From: Octopus vulgaris
Lineage: Eukaryota
Direction of reading: 5' to 3'
Assembly (NCBI GenBank): GCA_951406725.2
Contig: OX597815.1
Location: 87,606,001-87,670,000 of the forward strand
DNA: 64,000 nt
The notes beneath the pieces are model-generated. The model did not search any database, was not told the origin of the DNA, and was given only the letters and a program-made list of their open reading frames with translations. The translations under genes and the position numbers were made by a program. Below, in pieces: positions 61,143 to 64,000 of this stretch. Position 1 is the first letter of the stretch, and the number at the start of each line of letters is the position of its first letter.

Positions 61143-63028
61143 TAAAAGGAGAGAGAGAGAGAGAGAGAGAGAATTCAAAGGGGGACAAATAAACTCTCAG
61201 ATACTGTTTGAAATTAGGGAGTGTTTGTCAAAAGAAGGCCAGTGTTCTTCACCCTTGCAAACCCTCCCAAACTGTGAGATTGATGCAGTTGATGTTCGAT
61301 TTTTATTAATGAGTTGACTCTATTGAGATGCCTCTCTAAGCTTATGGAAATAATCTCTTTTAAGTTAGTCTTCCTTAATCTACTGAGTTGTCTCTCTAAG
61401 CCCACTTAGATTATGAAAGTGGTCTCCATTAAGTTAGCTTAGTAGTTAGGTTGTCTAAATATTTAAATCCATTTAGTTAGTCTCTTGGGGCTGTTTTTAG
61501 AGTTAGTGTGTTAAACATGTGGTAGCTGTTTATGCTAAGTTAGCCTTCTTCAGTACATTGAGCTGTTCTCCCATTTAGTGAGATTGTTGAAAATATGTTT
61601 GTAGATTCAATCTACCATCTAGAATTATCATATTTATATATGAATCAGAAATAGGAAGTCCTTGGTACAGTATTATACATCTAAAAAATGATTAAGAATG
61701 GCTTTTCTGATAATTTTTTTCCCCAATTATTAAAATGGAAAAATTATCAGAAAATCTATTCCTTTTCATTTTTTAAACAATGATGATGATGATGTGTGTG
61801 TGTGTGTCTTTACACATGTATGCATGCACATGCACACACACATGCATAATCATTTTATGTCACATTCGTTTTTTCCATAGGTAGGATGATTCTACATGAT
61901 TCAGTGGATTAGAGAGCCTGAACTTGCTTCAGTGTTTCATTTTTGGCATGATTTCTATGGCTTGTTCTTCCTAATACCAGTCACTTTACAGAGTATATTG
62001 AGTGTGTATTTTTATTGTACCAGTGCTATAGAGGTTGCTTTGCTACCAGCAAGACTAAAGAGCCCTCATAAAGCCCTGCATTGTTACTGCTCAAATTGAA
62101 TACCAATCACTTACTGTTTGTACTGGGTGCTATTTGGCACCAGCACAATTGTGTTGGTTCATCTTGCCATCATGAAGGCTGGAAAAGATATATTGTGAGA
62201 GCGTGATAATGGAGACAATAGCACTGCAAACTATTGAGGTGGAAGGAAAAGAGACTTAGAGAAGGAAGAGAGTAATGCCAGTGATTAGTGTGGAGGAGAG
62301 TAGGGGACAGAATGGTATTTAAAATGGGGTGGGTTAAGTAGGTAGACTCAGTGAATGGGTGTTTCAGTCCCTCTGTCATACAGCATGGGTTGGACGGTTT
62401 GTCAGGGTCTAAGACATGAATACATGTGGACATACATACATACATAAGTACATATTCATTCATTCATTCTATGTATTAACAGTTTAATTAAAGTTTCATA
62501 GACATAAAAATCACATTGATCATTCAGACATTTAACACTGAATGATGTCACTGTCCAACACATGCCAGCATGGAAAACGGACGCTAAAGGATGATGATGA
62601 TGACAATGATGATGATGATGATGATGAAATTCTATGTATGGCTGATTATCATTGAATGATGAGCAGCCATTTGATAATTCTAGTTTGGATCACATGTCAG
62701 AACTATTAAATTGGGAACTGGTAACAACTGCAAAAATAAATAAGATTATTTTCAAAAACATTTCTAAGTTGCATCTTGTTGAGATGCTTGGATTTTCTAG
62801 TCTGCCAGTTTCCTCTTGCTTTGTCTTGAACTGAAGTTAAGCTTCACAGGGTAAAACTGACTTTTCTCTGATGAGACATGAAGGTGATACTGCCTCAGCT
62901 AAACATTCTATTCAATGTAATAATGATTTTTTACATATATCCTTGTATCTGCTGGAGTGATGTTTTCTGTGTTATTCAGATGGTATCTGTGGTTTATTTG
63001 TGTCCCTGGGGTGTTTCTACATCATTTT

Positions 63029-63156
63029 TGTATATAATAAAACATTGTTCATCAATAAATCATTAATAAAAAATCAACAAAAGAAAAAAATAAATTATAT
63101 TTTCTATATTTTGATACAGGCTTTTGCGTCCTTTTTTGTCTTTCTCTCCTAATAAA
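63029..63156 (+). terminator. Possible CRNKL1 polyadenylation region
   Basis: Five AATAAA (63036, 63054, 63065, 63089, 63151) with an upstream TGTA and T-rich downstream sequence. The AT-rich background weakens this, and an earlier AATAAA lies at 61188. Confidence 0.3.
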
Positions 63157-64000
63157 GTTGTTGTGAGATGGAAATTTTAGAGCACCCGGGTCAACATTGA
63201 CCCTGTCTGAGTTTGATCCCTCTGGAGTTGATAAATGAAATGCGAGTAACGTATTGAAACTTCATTTGATTAGCTCTCAGCCCTTCATGTATCTAATCTT
63301 GAACCAATGGGGTTCATACACTGTATAAAAAAAGGAGCACAGAAAACGTGATTGATATTAAAGCTTTATATTATGTACATGTGTGTCATAAAACCTGCCA
63401 AAACATAAATTACATCAGTATAAATCTTGGTTTATGTGAACTAATGCTTCTGACTCCATTCATTGGCATTACTCAGCAAAAGTACAGTACTGAGAAAGAT
63501 ATAGGTCTCTGTTTACATCAGTATGTAAATAAGAACAGTTAAGTTATCATAGGAGAATAGAAAGAGGTGAGAGGTAACAGAGCATAAGATGGGAGTGTGA
63601 TGGGGTTGGATAAAAGAAATGAAGGTCCTCGGGACCATGCATCTTACAATGCATATAATATCAGTAGTAGTAATAATAATAATAATAATTTCAAATTTTG
63701 ACACAAGGCCAGCAATGTTTTTTAGGGGACAGGTAAATTAATTACCAGTGCTCAGTTGGTACTTATTTAACAAACTCTGAAAAGATGAAAGGTAAAGTTG
63801 ATCTCAGAAGCATTTGGGCTCAAACTGTAAAACCAGAAGAAATGCTGCTAAGAATTTTATCTGGTGTGCTAACAAATAATAATAATGGTTTCAAATTTTA
63901 ACATAAGGACAGTAATTTCGGGAGAGCGTGGTAAATTGATTATATCAACCCTAGTGTTCATCTGATACCTATTTTATTGACTCTAAAAGGGATGAAAGGC

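Noticed and set aside
1-64000. CRISPR arrays, operons, rRNA or intact tRNA genes
   Set aside because: Eukaryotic intron-rich DNA; no regularly spaced repeat-spacer array or rRNA-like sequence was seen.

Overview
AT-rich, repeat-dense animal genomic DNA. The repeat families, (GAT)n-tailed elements and microsatellites suggest a coleoid cephalopod such as Octopus (inference). Two intron-rich housekeeping genes lie head-to-head about 5.3 kb apart. AUP1 is on the minus strand: 7 coding exons from 34330 down to 2558, a 24-kb first intron, and a 3' part outside the window. CRNKL1 (crooked neck/Clf1) is complete on the plus strand: 16 coding exons, 39679-61142, 704 aa, and its intron 7 is a minor-spliceosome AT-AC intron. 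Introns hold decayed RTE and CR1/L2-like LINEs, tRNA-derived SINEs, three maT (DD37D) copies, and Tc1, mariner, pogo/Tigger and piggyBac-type remnants. The most unusual structure is intergenic (37.5-38.5 kb): nested inverted repeats whose inner arms each carry a type I hammerhead-ribozyme fold with a palindromic stem III, plus a third hammerhead next to them. This is the pattern expected of Penelope-like retroelement termini. Most other ORFs in the supplied track are spurious or transposon fragments.
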